Counted from the first letter of the stretch, positions 26,702 through 36,983 are shown. The stretch is 64,000 bases of DNA from Candidatus Eiseniibacteriota bacterium (GCA_052390515.1 JBQTGV010000011.1:9576-73575); one strand, 5' to 3'. The notes: generated by a model from the letters alone, not told the origin. Numbers and translations: made by a program.

Positions 26702-27203
26702 GCGGTTCGTGGCGTCCGAGCGCTCGCTGGAGATCCGGGGCAAGACCTACGTGGACGCTGCGCCGACTCGTGTCTGGGAAGCGTTTGCCACCGCCGAGGG
26801 TCTCGACGGCTGGTTCACGCGCGGCGCGAGCGCGAACGTTCGCCCGATGGGCCACATCCACTTCCGCTGGCGGGCGTGGGGTCCGGACCGCGTGAACCTG
26901 GACGCGTACTGCCCGGTGCTCGACGCGCAGCCGCCGTCACGCCTCGTGTTCCAGTGGGCGCCGCTGCCGGGAGCACCGGACCGGCCCACGACGATCGAGA
27001 TCGACTTCGAGCGGCGCGGCAGCGGCACCATCGTGCACCTCAAGGAGCACGGCTACCCGCTCACCGCGGAAGGGCTGCGCGCGCACCGCGAGTGCGCGGT
27101 GGGCTGGGGCGAAGCGCTGACGCTGCTCAAGTTCTGGGTCGAACACGGCTTGCGCTACGAGAGCCCCCCGATCGTCCGGCCGAGGCGTCGCGCGCACCGC
27201 TGA
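26691..27203 (+). CDS. SRPBCC-superfamily protein (AHSA1 / activator-of-Hsp90-ATPase-like)
   Basis: 'RVWEAFATAEGLDGWFT...HIHFRWRAWGP...RLVFQW' resembles the AHSA1/START-like fold. A 10-nt out-of-frame overlap with the preceding DinB gene. Confidence 0.75.
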   Translation: MATERFVASERSLEIRGKTYVDAAPTRVWEAFATAEGLDGWFTRGASANVRPMGHIHFRWRAWGPDRVNLDAYCPVLDAQPPSRLVFQWAPLPGAPDRPTTIEIDFERRGSGTIVHLKEHGYPLTAEGLRAHRECAVGWGEALTLLKFWVEHGLRYESPPIVRPRRRAHR

Positions 27204-27264
27204 CGCCGTTCGACGTCGTCGCCGCGGCAGGGTGCCCATCCGACCTTCGTCGATCCGCCCCTCG

Positions 27265-29265
27265 TCAATTCGACGACGCCGGCTCCGATGCCTCCGACTT
27301 CTCGGCGCGGTCGCCGTCGTCGAGCAGATACGTCTCCCAGAACAGGGCCTGCGCCCAGAGCATCCAGTCCGAGTTCGACTTCTTCGCGAACCCGTGACCC
27401 TCGTCCTTGGCGAGCATGTACCAGGCGGGGTTGCCGTTGCGGCGGACGGCCGCGACGATCTGCTCCGCCTCCGACGCCGGCACGCGCGGATCGTTCGCGC
27501 CCTGGACCACGAAGAGCGGCACGTCGATCCGGTCCACGTTGTTCGTGGGCGAGATGCGCTGCAGGAACTCGTTCATCGCCGGGTCACGCTCGTCGCCGTA
27601 CTCCACGCGCCGCAGATCGCGCCGGTACTCGGCGGTGTTGGTCAGGAACGTCACGAAGTTGGAGATGCCCACCTGGTCGATGCCCGCGCGGATGCGGCTG
27701 CCGTAGTGCATCAGCACGGCCAGGGCCATGTAGCCGCCGTAGGATCCGCCGGTCACGCCGACGCGGGTGGCGTCCAGATCCGGCTGCGTCTCGATCCAGT
27801 CGAGCAGCGCTCCGATGTCCTTGACCGAGTCTTCGCGAAGGAATCCGTCGTCCAGCTTGAGGAACGTCTTGCCGTAGCCGGAGGAGCCGCGCACGTTCGG
27901 GTAGATGACCGCGCAACCGAGCTCGGCGACCTCGTACTGGCTGGTGTACGAGAACCAGGCGCCGGCCTGGCTCTCCGGCCCGCCGTGAATGCGGATCACC
28001 ACGGGGAACGGCCCGTCGCCTCGCGGCTTGTACACGAACGCCGGGATCGTGCGACGCTCGCCGTCGGCGTCGGTGTCGAACGTCGGGACGTGGACGAGCT
28101 GCGACGGCACGAACTCGGAGGGATCGAGCCCGCCGACCTCCGCGGTCGTCCACCGCGTCGTCTCGCCGCGCTCGAGATCGACGGTGTACACGTCCTTCGG
28201 GCTGAGCGGGGACTCGAGCGAGAGAGCGAGCTGCCGTCCGTCCGGGCTGAAAGCGAGGTTGGTCACGATGCCTTCGGGAAGATCGATCCGCTCGGGGTCA
28301 CGGCCGCGCGTCTTCATGACGTACGCTCCGTACCGCCCGCCCTCGTTGACCGTGAACGCTATGCGCGACCGGTCCCGCGACGCCGCCAGCGAGTGCACGT
28401 CCCAGGGAATGTCCGCCGTGATCGGCACCTGCTCGGTCGAGCCGATCTTCGTCCAGCGCAACGTGCGGTTCTCGGAGCGTTCATCCGACACGAAGTACAC
28501 GCCGGTGCCCTTGGCGTCGAACACGGCGCTCTCGTAGTAGATCGGTGCCCCGTCCACGACCGCGTGACTCGCGACCGGTGTCCGTGCTCCGGACTCCACG
28601 TCGACGACCCACACGTAGGTCTCCGTGGCGGACACCGAGTGCATCACCAGCACGCGGCGATCGTCCGGCGACCAGTCCAGCGCCGTCCAGTATCCCTCCG
28701 CCTCGACCAGCAGGCGCTTCTCCTCGGCGCGGAGCGGATCCATCATCCATACGTCGTGGTCCTTTCCGTTGCGCGCCGTGCTCCGCCAGGCCACGCGGTC
28801 CCTGCGGTTGGACCAGGTCGGCGTCCCGTTCTGGCTCTTTCCGTCGGTGAGCAGCGTCTCGCGGCCGCGGCGAAGATCGAAGCGGAAGATCTGCGCGTAC
28901 TCGTTGCCGCCGGAGTCGCGGTTGAACAGCAACCAGTCCGAGGATCGGCCGAACGAACCGCCGTCGACCGGATCGGAGAAGAACGTCAACTGACGGCGGG
29001 CGCCGCCGGGTACGGCGACGTGGTGCAGCTGGTCGGACTCGGCGAACCGCGTGCGGATCAGGACACCGCCGTCGGGTGCCCAGTCGGCGAAGGTGGCGCC
29101 GCGCACGTTCTGGTACTGGTTCGTACGTTCGACGATCCGCTGCGGGATCTCCGGGATCCCGTCCAGCACGAGCTGTCCGACCTCTCGGACGTCCGGCCGC
29201 GCTTCCGTCGTGACACCCATCAGGATGGCGACGGCGAGACGGACCGTTCCGGGCACGTTTCTCAT
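27265..29265 (-). CDS. Secreted S9-family serine peptidase (prolyl oligopeptidase / acylaminoacyl-peptidase-like, beta-propeller plus alpha/beta hydrolase)
   Basis: Signal peptide 'MRNVPGTVRLAVAILMGV' with a GAGGAG Shine-Dalgarno sequence upstream. Nucleophile 'GGSYGGYM' (GxSxGG). C-terminal Asp/His ('GANDPRV', 'EGHGF'). Confidence 0.85.
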   Translation of the reverse strand: MRNVPGTVRLAVAILMGVTTEARPDVREVGQLVLDGIPEIPQRIVERTNQYQNVRGATFADWAPDGGVLIRTRFAESDQLHHVAVPGGARRQLTFFSDPVDGGSFGRSSDWLLFNRDSGGNEYAQIFRFDLRRGRETLLTDGKSQNGTPTWSNRRDRVAWRSTARNGKDHDVWMMDPLRAEEKRLLVEAEGYWTALDWSPDDRRVLVMHSVSATETYVWVVDVESGARTPVASHAVVDGAPIYYESAVFDAKGTGVYFVSDERSENRTLRWTKIGSTEQVPITADIPWDVHSLAASRDRSRIAFTVNEGGRYGAYVMKTRGRDPERIDLPEGIVTNLAFSPDGRQLALSLESPLSPKDVYTVDLERGETTRWTTAEVGGLDPSEFVPSQLVHVPTFDTDADGERRTIPAFVYKPRGDGPFPVVIRIHGGPESQAGAWFSYTSQYEVAELGCAVIYPNVRGSSGYGKTFLKLDDGFLREDSVKDIGALLDWIETQPDLDATRVGVTGGSYGGYMALAVLMHYGSRIRAGIDQVGISNFVTFLTNTAEYRRDLRRVEYGDERDPAMNEFLQRISPTNNVDRIDVPLFVVQGANDPRVPASEAEQIVAAVRRNGNPAWYMLAKDEGHGFAKKSNSDWMLWAQALFWETYLLDDGDRAEKSEASEPASSN

Positions 29266-29370
29266 GACTCCGCTCCTCGAAAAGTACGCGGCAAGGGATC
29301 GATCCTGAACGGAACTTGACACTCCTCCGTCCGAACATCAAGCGGCCCATCGGCCGGACGGGACGTGGTA

Positions 29371-29396
29371 GAACTTCCTCACGGGTGAGGAGTTTC
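29371..29396 (+). promoter_or_regulatory. 26-nt near-perfect palindrome (GAACTTCCTCAC-GG-GTGAGGAGTTTC) upstream of the RND operon; candidate operator
   Basis: Inverted repeat 45 nt upstream of the adaptor gene start. A similar GAACTTGACAC half-site lies 55 nt further upstream (29312-29322). No regulator gene is adjacent. Confidence 0.35.
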
Positions 29397-29440
29397 CAGC
29401 GCGCGGACCTTCACCCGTTCCTCGAACAGCGGTAAGGACC

Positions 29441-30613
29441 ATGCCCCTGCATCGTTCCGCTCTCCTCCCACGCTGGAAGGCTCCCGCGGGTTTGCTCTTC
29501 GCCGTGGTGCTTGCCGGCGGATGCGGCCGTTCCGAAGACCAGGCCCCGGCCGGCCACGGCGCCCCCGGAGCGGCCGCGGCAGGCGAGAGCGGACCCCCCG
29601 GCGAGGGCGATCGCCCCGCGGTCCCGGTCGCCGTGGAGCGCGCCAAGGTCGGTCAGGCCGCCTCCTACTACAGCGCCACCGCCACCCTCGAAGCCGCGAG
29701 CCACGCCGAGATCCTCTCCCGTACCACCGGTGTCGTCCGCGAGATCCAGCGGGAGGAAGGGGACCTGGTTCGCGAAGGTGACACTCTTTTACTTCTGGAA
29801 GACGACGAGGCGAGGCTCCGTGTTCAGCAGGCGGAGGCGAACCATCGGCTGGCGAAGGCGGACTTCGACCGCCGCAGCGCGATGCTGGAGGGCGGGCTCC
29901 TCTCCGCGGGAGAGTTCGAGACGACGCAGGGAACGCTCGAGGTCCGCGAGGCGGAGCTCGGGCTGGCCCGCGTGGCCCTGGCGCACACGCGCATCGTCGC
30001 GCCGTTCACCGGCCGCGTCGTCCGCCGGCACGCCGAGCTCGGCGCGAACGTGAGCGCCGGCGCGCCGCTGTTCGAGATGATGGACGTGACCCCGTTGCTC
30101 GCGCGCATCCACATCCCGGCGAAGCGGATGGGGTACGTCGTCGTCGGACAGCCCATCGAGATCCGCGTGGATTCGATCGACGACACGCTCGACGGGGTCG
30201 TGAGCCTGGTCAGTCCGATCGTCGACGCCGCCACCGGAACCGTGAAGGTCACCGCCGAGATCGCCCGCTATCCGGAGGACACTCGCCCCGGAGACTTCGC
30301 CGAGGTTCGCATCGTCACGGCGAGGCACGACAACGCCGTTCTCGTTCCCAGCACGTCTCTCTTCGAGGAGCAGGGCGAGAGCGTCCTGTTCGTCGTCCAG
30401 GACGGCAAGGCGGCGCGGCGCGTGGTCGAGCAGGGCTTCATCGACGGCGACTTCACCGAAATCGCCCAGGGCGTGAGCGAAGGCGACCTCGTGGTGACCA
30501 AGGGGCAGCGCCAGATCCAGGACGGGGCCGCGGTCAGCATTCTGGAAGGGCCGCCGGACGTGATCGCGAAGTCGGCGGAACCGGAGGCAGGCGCGAAGCG
30601 GGACGCGTCGTGA
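29441..30613 (+). CDS. Efflux RND periplasmic adaptor subunit (lipoprotein), MdtA/AcrA-like
   Basis: Lipobox 'LAGGCG'. Biotinyl/lipoyl hairpin. Coiled coil 'EARLRVQQAEANHRLAKADFDR'. 'RIVAPFTGRV' beta-barrel motif. Confidence 0.9.
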   Translation: MPLHRSALLPRWKAPAGLLFAVVLAGGCGRSEDQAPAGHGAPGAAAAGESGPPGEGDRPAVPVAVERAKVGQAASYYSATATLEAASHAEILSRTTGVVREIQREEGDLVREGDTLLLLEDDEARLRVQQAEANHRLAKADFDRRSAMLEGGLLSAGEFETTQGTLEVREAELGLARVALAHTRIVAPFTGRVVRRHAELGANVSAGAPLFEMMDVTPLLARIHIPAKRMGYVVVGQPIEIRVDSIDDTLDGVVSLVSPIVDAATGTVKVTAEIARYPEDTRPGDFAEVRIVTARHDNAVLVPSTSLFEEQGESVLFVVQDGKAARRVVEQGFIDGDFTEIAQGVSEGDLVVTKGQRQIQDGAAVSILEGPPDVIAKSAEPEAGAKRDAS

Positions 30614-33600
30614 TCTCGGCGGTCGTCGCCTTCGCGGTCCGAAGGCGCGTGACCGTCCTCATGGTGGCGCTGGCGGTCATCGCCTTCGGCGGCGTCGGTT
30701 TCTCTCGCCTGCCCCTCGACCTGCTTCCGGACATCAGCTACCCGTCGATCACCATCCAGACGGAGTTCCCGGACACCGCGCCCGGCGAGGTGGAGACACT
30801 CGTCACTCGCCCCGTCGAAGAGGCGGTCGGCGTCCTCCGCGGATTGCAGGAGATCCACTCCGTCACGCGGGCCGAGCGGTCCGAGGTGACCCTCCAGTTC
30901 GACTGGGGCGCGGACATGGACGACCTCTCGCTGGAAGTGCGCGAGAAGCTGGACCGCCTGGAGTTCCCCGAGGAGGTGCAGGCTCCGGTCGTGCTTCGCT
31001 ACGACCCGGCGCTCGATCCCATCATCCGGCTCGCGTTGACCGGGCCGGACGATCTGCGCCTGCTCCGGCGCGTGGCCGAGAAGGAAGTGAAGGAGGATCT
31101 GGAAACGCGCGAGGGTGTCGCCGCCGCCGTCGTGAAGGGCGGCGAGGAGGAGGAGATCCAGATCGAAGTCGATCAGGGGAAACTCTCCGCCATCGGCATC
31201 ACTCCGGAAACGCTCGGCGAGATCCTCGCGACGTCCAACATCAACCGCCCCGGCGGCTCGCTGGAGTCGGTCGAGAACCGGTACCTCGTCCGCACGCTGA
31301 ACGAGTTCGATTCGCTCGACGAGATCCGGGAGCTGCCGGTCAACCCGCCGGGCACGCCCCCGGTGCGGCTCGCGGACGTGGCCACGGTCACCTGGGGAGT
31401 GAAGGAGCGCGAGGAGATCACCCGGGTCGACGGCCGCGAGTCGGTGGAGATCGCCGTCTACAAGGAGGGCGACGCGAACACCGTCGCCGTGGCGGACGCG
31501 GTGGCGGAGGCGCTGGAGTGGCTCGGCGAGGAGCTGCCCAAGGGCATGGAGCTGACCGTGCTCTTCGACCAGTCGCGCTTCATCCGCCAGTCCATCGACG
31601 AGGTGCAGAGCGCGCTGTGGATCGGCGGCGGCCTCGCCATCCTGGTGCTGTATCTCTTCCTTCGCAGCATCCGGCCCACGCTGATCATCGCCACGTCCAT
31701 CCCGCTCTCGATCCTGTTCACGTTCATGCTGATGTACCGGCTCGACGTTTCGCTCAACATCATGTCGCTCGGCGGTCTGACGCTCGGGATCGGCATGCTG
31801 GTGGATGCGTCCATCGTGGTGCTGGAGTCGATCCACCGGCGTCGCCAGGAGGGGTTGCCGCTGGCGAAGGCCGCCATCGAAGGAACCGCGGAGGTCGGGG
31901 GCGCGGTCGCCGCCACCGTCCTCACGACCGTCGCGGTCTTCTTCCCCATCGTGTTCGTCGAGGGCATCGCCGGACAGCTCTTCCGGGACCAGGCGCTCAC
32001 GGTGACGTTCAGCCTGCTCGCTTCGATGGTGGTGGCGGTGACGATCATCCCCATGTTCTCGTCGATCGGGGACGCGAACGTGGGGACGGAGCCGTCGCGT
32101 CGCAAGAGCCGCCCGGCCAAGTCCGAGAAAGCTACGCTCGGCCGACTGTCGCAGCGTTACGAGCGCGTCATCCGGGGAGCGCTGGCGCGGCCGGGGCTCA
32201 CGCTGACCATCGCAGGCGTGCTGTTCCTCGCTTCCCTCGCGGTGATCCCGACCCTCGGCACCGAGCTCATCCCGGTGCTGACCGAGGGCGAGTTCTACTT
32301 CGAGGCGGTCCTTCCCGAGGGCACGCCGCTGGCCGCCACCGATCGTGTGATCGCGCGCATGGACGAGGCCGCGCGCGCGGAGCCGGCCGTCGAGCAGACC
32401 TTCGCGACGATCGGCAGCCGGCTGGTCTCGGGTGGGCTCGCGCTGAAGACGAGGGACGAGAACCTCGGCCAGCTCAACCTCGTCGTCGGCGACCGCTCGG
32501 ACGAGACCCAGGAGCTGGCCATCGCGGACCGCCTGCGCGAGCAGTTCTCCCGCATCCCCAATCTGGTCACCAAGTTGGGCCGGCCGTCGTTCTTCAGCTT
32601 GAAGACCCCGGTGGAGCTCGTCTTCTACGGAGAGAACCTGGAGGAGCTACGCGACTACACGCTCGGACTCCTCCCCGCGGTCCGCGAGGTACCCGGGCTG
32701 GTCGACGTGCGAGCCTCGCTCGAGTCGGGTAACCCCGAGCTGACCGTGCAGTTCGACCGCGACCGGCTCGCCGCGCTCGGTCTGTCCATCGCCGACGTCT
32801 CCTCCGGACTCCACGACCGCGTGAACGGTACGGTGGTTTCGCGGTTCCGCGAGGAGGATCGCGACATCGACATCCGGCTGCGCAACCGCGAGCAGGACCG
32901 GGACACGGTCGGCGACATCGAGAACCTGGTCGTCGCCGAGCGCGACGGAGTCCCGGTCACGCTGGCCGCCGTCGCCGACATCACGCCGGCGCGCGGTCCT
33001 GCGGAGATCCACCGCATCCAGCAGAGCCGCGCGGCGATCGTGACCGGGGAAGTCGCCGGGCGAAGCGTCGGCGCGGTGAACGAGGATCTGGAAGCGCTGG
33101 TCCTCGCCAATCGGCCGCCGGCATCCATCACCTGGGAGCTCGCCGGGCAGAACCGCGAGATGGAGCGCTCCTTCGCGAGCCTGCGCTTCGCACTCCTGCT
33201 GGCGATCTTCCTCGTCTACCTGGTCATGGCCGCGACGTTCGAGAACCTGGTGCATCCGTTCATCATCCTGTTCACCATTCCGCTGGCGCTCGTCGGCGTG
33301 GTGCTGGGACTCGTGGTGGGCGGTTTCACGCTCAGCGTGATCGCCATGCTCGGCGCGATCCTGCTGGCCGGCGTCGTCGTGGACAACGCGATCATCCTGG
33401 TGGATGCGATCAACCGCTTCCGCAGGGACGGCGTGGACAAGCGCGAGGCGATCGTCGCCGCGTGCCACGTCCGGCTGCGCCCGATCTTGATGACGACGCT
33501 CACCACCATTCTCGGCCTCGTCCCCATGGCAATAGGCTTCGGGGAGGGCGCGGAGCTGCGCCAGCCGCTCGCCGTGGTGGTCATCTTCGGACTGGCCGTC

Positions 33601-33747
33601 GGAACGGCGCTCACGCTGCTCGTCATCCCCGCCGCGTACCTCGTGGTCCCGACGTCCGTCGCCGTGGAACACGAGGAGGATGCGCCGGAGCCGGGGCGAA
33701 TCCCGCGCGTCACCGGAGGCGAGCCTCTCCCGGAGCGTGCCACATGA
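30610..33747 (+). CDS. RND efflux permease (HAE1 family), first of two tandem paralogs (MdtB-like)
   Basis: 1045 aa with 12 TM helices and two large periplasmic loops. 'MISAVVAFAVRRRVTVLMV' is a typical AcrB-family N-terminus. An ATGA overlap with the adaptor gene. Confidence 0.95.
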   Translation: MISAVVAFAVRRRVTVLMVALAVIAFGGVGFSRLPLDLLPDISYPSITIQTEFPDTAPGEVETLVTRPVEEAVGVLRGLQEIHSVTRAERSEVTLQFDWGADMDDLSLEVREKLDRLEFPEEVQAPVVLRYDPALDPIIRLALTGPDDLRLLRRVAEKEVKEDLETREGVAAAVVKGGEEEEIQIEVDQGKLSAIGITPETLGEILATSNINRPGGSLESVENRYLVRTLNEFDSLDEIRELPVNPPGTPPVRLADVATVTWGVKEREEITRVDGRESVEIAVYKEGDANTVAVADAVAEALEWLGEELPKGMELTVLFDQSRFIRQSIDEVQSALWIGGGLAILVLYLFLRSIRPTLIIATSIPLSILFTFMLMYRLDVSLNIMSLGGLTLGIGMLVDASIVVLESIHRRRQEGLPLAKAAIEGTAEVGGAVAATVLTTVAVFFPIVFVEGIAGQLFRDQALTVTFSLLASMVVAVTIIPMFSSIGDANVGTEPSRRKSRPAKSEKATLGRLSQRYERVIRGALARPGLTLTIAGVLFLASLAVIPTLGTELIPVLTEGEFYFEAVLPEGTPLAATDRVIARMDEAARAEPAVEQTFATIGSRLVSGGLALKTRDENLGQLNLVVGDRSDETQELAIADRLREQFSRIPNLVTKLGRPSFFSLKTPVELVFYGENLEELRDYTLGLLPAVREVPGLVDVRASLESGNPELTVQFDRDRLAALGLSIADVSSGLHDRVNGTVVSRFREEDRDIDIRLRNREQDRDTVGDIENLVVAERDGVPVTLAAVADITPARGPAEIHRIQQSRAAIVTGEVAGRSVGAVNEDLEALVLANRPPASITWELAGQNREMERSFASLRFALLLAIFLVYLVMAATFENLVHPFIILFTIPLALVGVVLGLVVGGFTLSVIAMLGAILLAGVVVDNAIILVDAINRFRRDGVDKREAIVAACHVRLRPILMTTLTTILGLVPMAIGFGEGAELRQPLAVVVIFGLAVGTALTLLVIPAAYLVVPTSVAVEHEEDAPEPGRIPRVTGGEPLPERAT

Positions 33748-36700
33748 CGCTTCCCGAACTGGCCATCCGGCGCCCGATCACCGTCCTGATGCTGCTCGTC
33801 TCGCTCGTGGTGATCGGTTCGATCGCGCTGAACCGCCTGCCGCTCGCGTTCCTCCCGGAAGGCGAAGAGCCGCAGATCTGGGTCGTCGTCCCCTACCCGA
33901 ACGCTTCGCCGAAGACCATGGAGCGGTCCATCCTGCGGCCGATCGAGGACGCGCTCGGTTCCATCGGCGGGCTGCAGCACATGTGGTCCACCTGCGACGG
34001 GAACGAGGCGAGGGTCAGCCTCTTCTTCCGGTGGGACGAGGACATGGCCACCAAGCGGGTCGAAGTCCGCGAGCGTCTCGACCGCGTACGCCCAGACCTG
34101 CCCGAGGACGTCGACCAGATCCACATCTCCCGCAACTGGGACGTGGGCCGCACCGGGGAGACCATCCTGGAAGCGCGCATCGCTTCGGGACGGGACCTCA
34201 GCCACGGTTACGAGCTGCTGCACACGCGCATCGTGAAGCCGCTGGAGCGCATCCCCGGCGTCGCGTCGGTGAACCTGGACGGGGTCAACCCGCGCGAGGT
34301 CCGCGTGAATCTGAAGCTCGCCGAGCTGGCCCGCTACAACGTGGACGTCCGCGACGTCATGACCGCCCTGCGCGAGAACAACGAGGACCGCTCGATCGGC
34401 GAGCTGCGCGGGAGCGACCGCGTGCTGATGGTCCGTGTGGACGGTTCGTTCGGGAAGCTTTCGGACATCTCCGACCTCGTCGTCGGAGAGGGCGGGATCC
34501 GGCTCTGCGACGTCGCCGACGTCTCCTACGAGGAACCGCCACTGGAGTACGGGCGGCACCTGGACGGGCAGTTCGCGCTGGGGATCGACGTCGCCCGCGA
34601 GGCCGGCGCGAACACCGTGGAGATCTCCCAGGCGATCAAGGAACGCGTCGCGCAGATGGCCGAGGACCCGGAGCTGGAGGGCGTCAACTTCCTGATCTGG
34701 GAGGATCAGGGCGCGGAGATCCTCAAGACCATGCGCGACCTGCGCAACACCGGGATCATCGGCGCGCTGCTGGCTTCGGTCGTCCTGTACGTGTTCCTTC
34801 GCCGGTTCTCGTCGACGGTCTTCGCCGTGCTGTCCATTCCCTTCTCGCTCATCGTGGCGTGCGGCATCGTCTGGGCGAAGGGTGGCACGCTCAACACGCT
34901 GACGCTGCTGGGCCTGATCGTCGGCGTCGGCATGCTGGTGGACAACGCCATCGTGGTGATGGAGAACATCAATCGCCACCGGGAGAACGGTCTGCCGCCA
35001 CGCCAGGCCGCTCTGATCGGCGCGCGGGAGGTCTCGGTGGCGGTGGTGTGCGGGACGGCCACGTCGGTGATCGTCTTCCTGCCGATCATCTTCAACCGGC
35101 CGGATGAGATGAACCGCTACCTGCGGGAGCTCGGCCTCACCGTCACCTTCACCCTGATCGCCTCGTTGTTCGTGAGCCAGACGCTCATTCCGCTGGCCAT
35201 GAGCCGCTTCGTGCGGGTCAAGAACATGCCCCCCACGCGGTGGATGGTGGCGCTGCAGGACGGCTACAGCAACCTCCTCGCTCTGACCTTGCGGCATCGC
35301 TGGATCGCGCCGGTGGTCGGATTGGCGGTGATCGGTTCCGGCTGGTACCCGTACGGCAAGGTGGACAAGAACTTCGAGGCCAGCGAGGCCGAGATGTTCG
35401 TCAGCATGAACTACCGGATCGACCAGCCGATGTCGCTCGAGCGGAAGGAAGAGCTCGTCACTCGGGTCGAGAGCCTGCTGGAGCCGTATCGGAAGGAGCT
35501 GCACGTCGACTCGATCTACAGTTTCTGGAGCGAGAACTGGGCGATGACCCGCTGCTACATGGAGGACGGGCACACCAACGAGGAGGAGATGAACCGCGTC
35601 CGCCAGAAGCTGCGCGAGGTGGCGCCGGAGATCCCGGGCGTGCGCCTGGAGGTGCAGGACTCCGGCCGGTTCTGGGAACGCAACAGCGGAAAGAGGCTGG
35701 GTTTCCGCCTCTCCGGTCCGGACAGCGAGGTGCTCACGGAGCTGGCGCTGGACGCGCGCCGGCGCCTGGAGACGCTCGACGGGCTCTTCGACTTCTACAC
35801 CACGGCGGAGGGCGGTCGGTACGAGGTGCAGACGCGCATCGACCGGGACCTGGCGCGGGAGTACGGCGTGGGCGTGACGCAGGCCGCCGACGTCGTCGAC
35901 TACACGTTCCGGGGCCGGCGGCTGCCGCGGTACCGGGGGCACGAAGCGGTGGAGGAAGTGGAGATGAGCCTGACGCTCGACGAGCGCGAGGACGAGAGCA
36001 TCGAGCAGCTCAAGAACCTGCCGCTCGTGCAGGGCGGCGCGGAGGATCGCCGCGCGATCCCGCTGGCCACGGTGGCGGACTTCGCCGTGGTGCAGGGCCC
36101 CGAGGACATCCAGCGCGACAATCGCGTGACCGGCGTGTGGATCGGCGCGCGGTTCGAGGAGGACACCGAGGAGGAGCACATGGCTCGGTCGGAAGCCGTC
36201 CTCGACGACATCATCCTCCCGTACGGATACGAGTGGGACCATCACCAGTTCATTCGGCACGAGGAGGAAAGCCAGACGGAGTTCCTGATCACGCTGCTGC
36301 TCGCGCTCGGACTCATCTTCGCGGTGATGGCGGCGCTGTTCGAGTCGATGCGGCAAGCGCTGTCCCTGATGGTGTCGCTGCCCTTCGCCGTGGCCGGCGC
36401 GGCGTGGACGCTGTGGCTCACCGGGACGGACTTCGACCAGCCGGCGTCGGTGGGCCTGCTGCTTCTCCTCGGCATCGTGGTGAACAACGGCATCGTGATG
36501 ATCTCGCACATCAACCACTATCGCCGGGAAGGCATGCCGCGCGAGGCAGCCATGGTGCGCGGCGGCCGCGAGCGCCTGCGGCCCGTGATCATGACCGCCT
36601 TGACCACGCTGCTGGGACTCCTGCCCATGGTCGTGCAGCGGCCGAGCCTCGCCGGCGTCTACTACTACTCGATGGCGCTCGTCATCATGGGCGGTCTCAT

Positions 36701-36845
36701 CATCTCGACGATCCTCACGACGATCCTGCTGCCCACCACAGTCTGCCTGACCGAGGACGCACTCGGTGCGATCAGCCGGTTCAGCCGGTGGCTCGCGCGC
36801 TCGTTCCGAGGAGTCGTGCTGCGCGCGCCGGCGCGGGCGAGCTGA
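33744..36845 (+). CDS. RND efflux permease (HAE1 family), second tandem paralog (MdtC-like)
   Basis: 'MTLPELAIRRPITVLMLLVSLVVIGSIALNRLPLAFLP' and full AcrB-like topology. An ATGA overlap with the preceding RND gene. Confidence 0.95.
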   Translation: MTLPELAIRRPITVLMLLVSLVVIGSIALNRLPLAFLPEGEEPQIWVVVPYPNASPKTMERSILRPIEDALGSIGGLQHMWSTCDGNEARVSLFFRWDEDMATKRVEVRERLDRVRPDLPEDVDQIHISRNWDVGRTGETILEARIASGRDLSHGYELLHTRIVKPLERIPGVASVNLDGVNPREVRVNLKLAELARYNVDVRDVMTALRENNEDRSIGELRGSDRVLMVRVDGSFGKLSDISDLVVGEGGIRLCDVADVSYEEPPLEYGRHLDGQFALGIDVAREAGANTVEISQAIKERVAQMAEDPELEGVNFLIWEDQGAEILKTMRDLRNTGIIGALLASVVLYVFLRRFSSTVFAVLSIPFSLIVACGIVWAKGGTLNTLTLLGLIVGVGMLVDNAIVVMENINRHRENGLPPRQAALIGAREVSVAVVCGTATSVIVFLPIIFNRPDEMNRYLRELGLTVTFTLIASLFVSQTLIPLAMSRFVRVKNMPPTRWMVALQDGYSNLLALTLRHRWIAPVVGLAVIGSGWYPYGKVDKNFEASEAEMFVSMNYRIDQPMSLERKEELVTRVESLLEPYRKELHVDSIYSFWSENWAMTRCYMEDGHTNEEEMNRVRQKLREVAPEIPGVRLEVQDSGRFWERNSGKRLGFRLSGPDSEVLTELALDARRRLETLDGLFDFYTTAEGGRYEVQTRIDRDLAREYGVGVTQAADVVDYTFRGRRLPRYRGHEAVEEVEMSLTLDEREDESIEQLKNLPLVQGGAEDRRAIPLATVADFAVVQGPEDIQRDNRVTGVWIGARFEEDTEEEHMARSEAVLDDIILPYGYEWDHHQFIRHEEESQTEFLITLLLALGLIFAVMAALFESMRQALSLMVSLPFAVAGAAWTLWLTGTDFDQPASVGLLLLLGIVVNNGIVMISHINHYRREGMPREAAMVRGGRERLRPVIMTALTTLLGLLPMVVQRPSLAGVYYYSMALVIMGGLIISTILTTILLPTTVCLTEDALGAISRFSRWLARSFRGVVLRAPARAS

Positions 36846-36983
36846 CGGGGCGGCACCGCTCGCTTCGTGGCGGCTCCGCTCCGCCGTCCGTGGCTCCTGG
36901 GCCGCGACGACGCTCGTGCGAACGAAGCGGAACCTGCCGCCCCCGAGCGAGGCGAGCGGAGCGAGTTCCGCGGTCCGGAAGCT

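Noticed and set aside
29316-29344. Complete sigma-70 promoter upstream of the RND operon.
   Set aside because: An exact TTGACA is present, but no acceptable -10 hexamer follows at 16-18 nt. I kept only the palindrome as a candidate operator.
36846-36983. Small RiPP precursor ORF between the RND operon and the rSAM gene.
   Set aside because: This gap contains only antisense low-complexity ORFs (36766..36987, 36867..37250) overlapping the rSAM gene. No short peptide with a plausible leader/core was seen.
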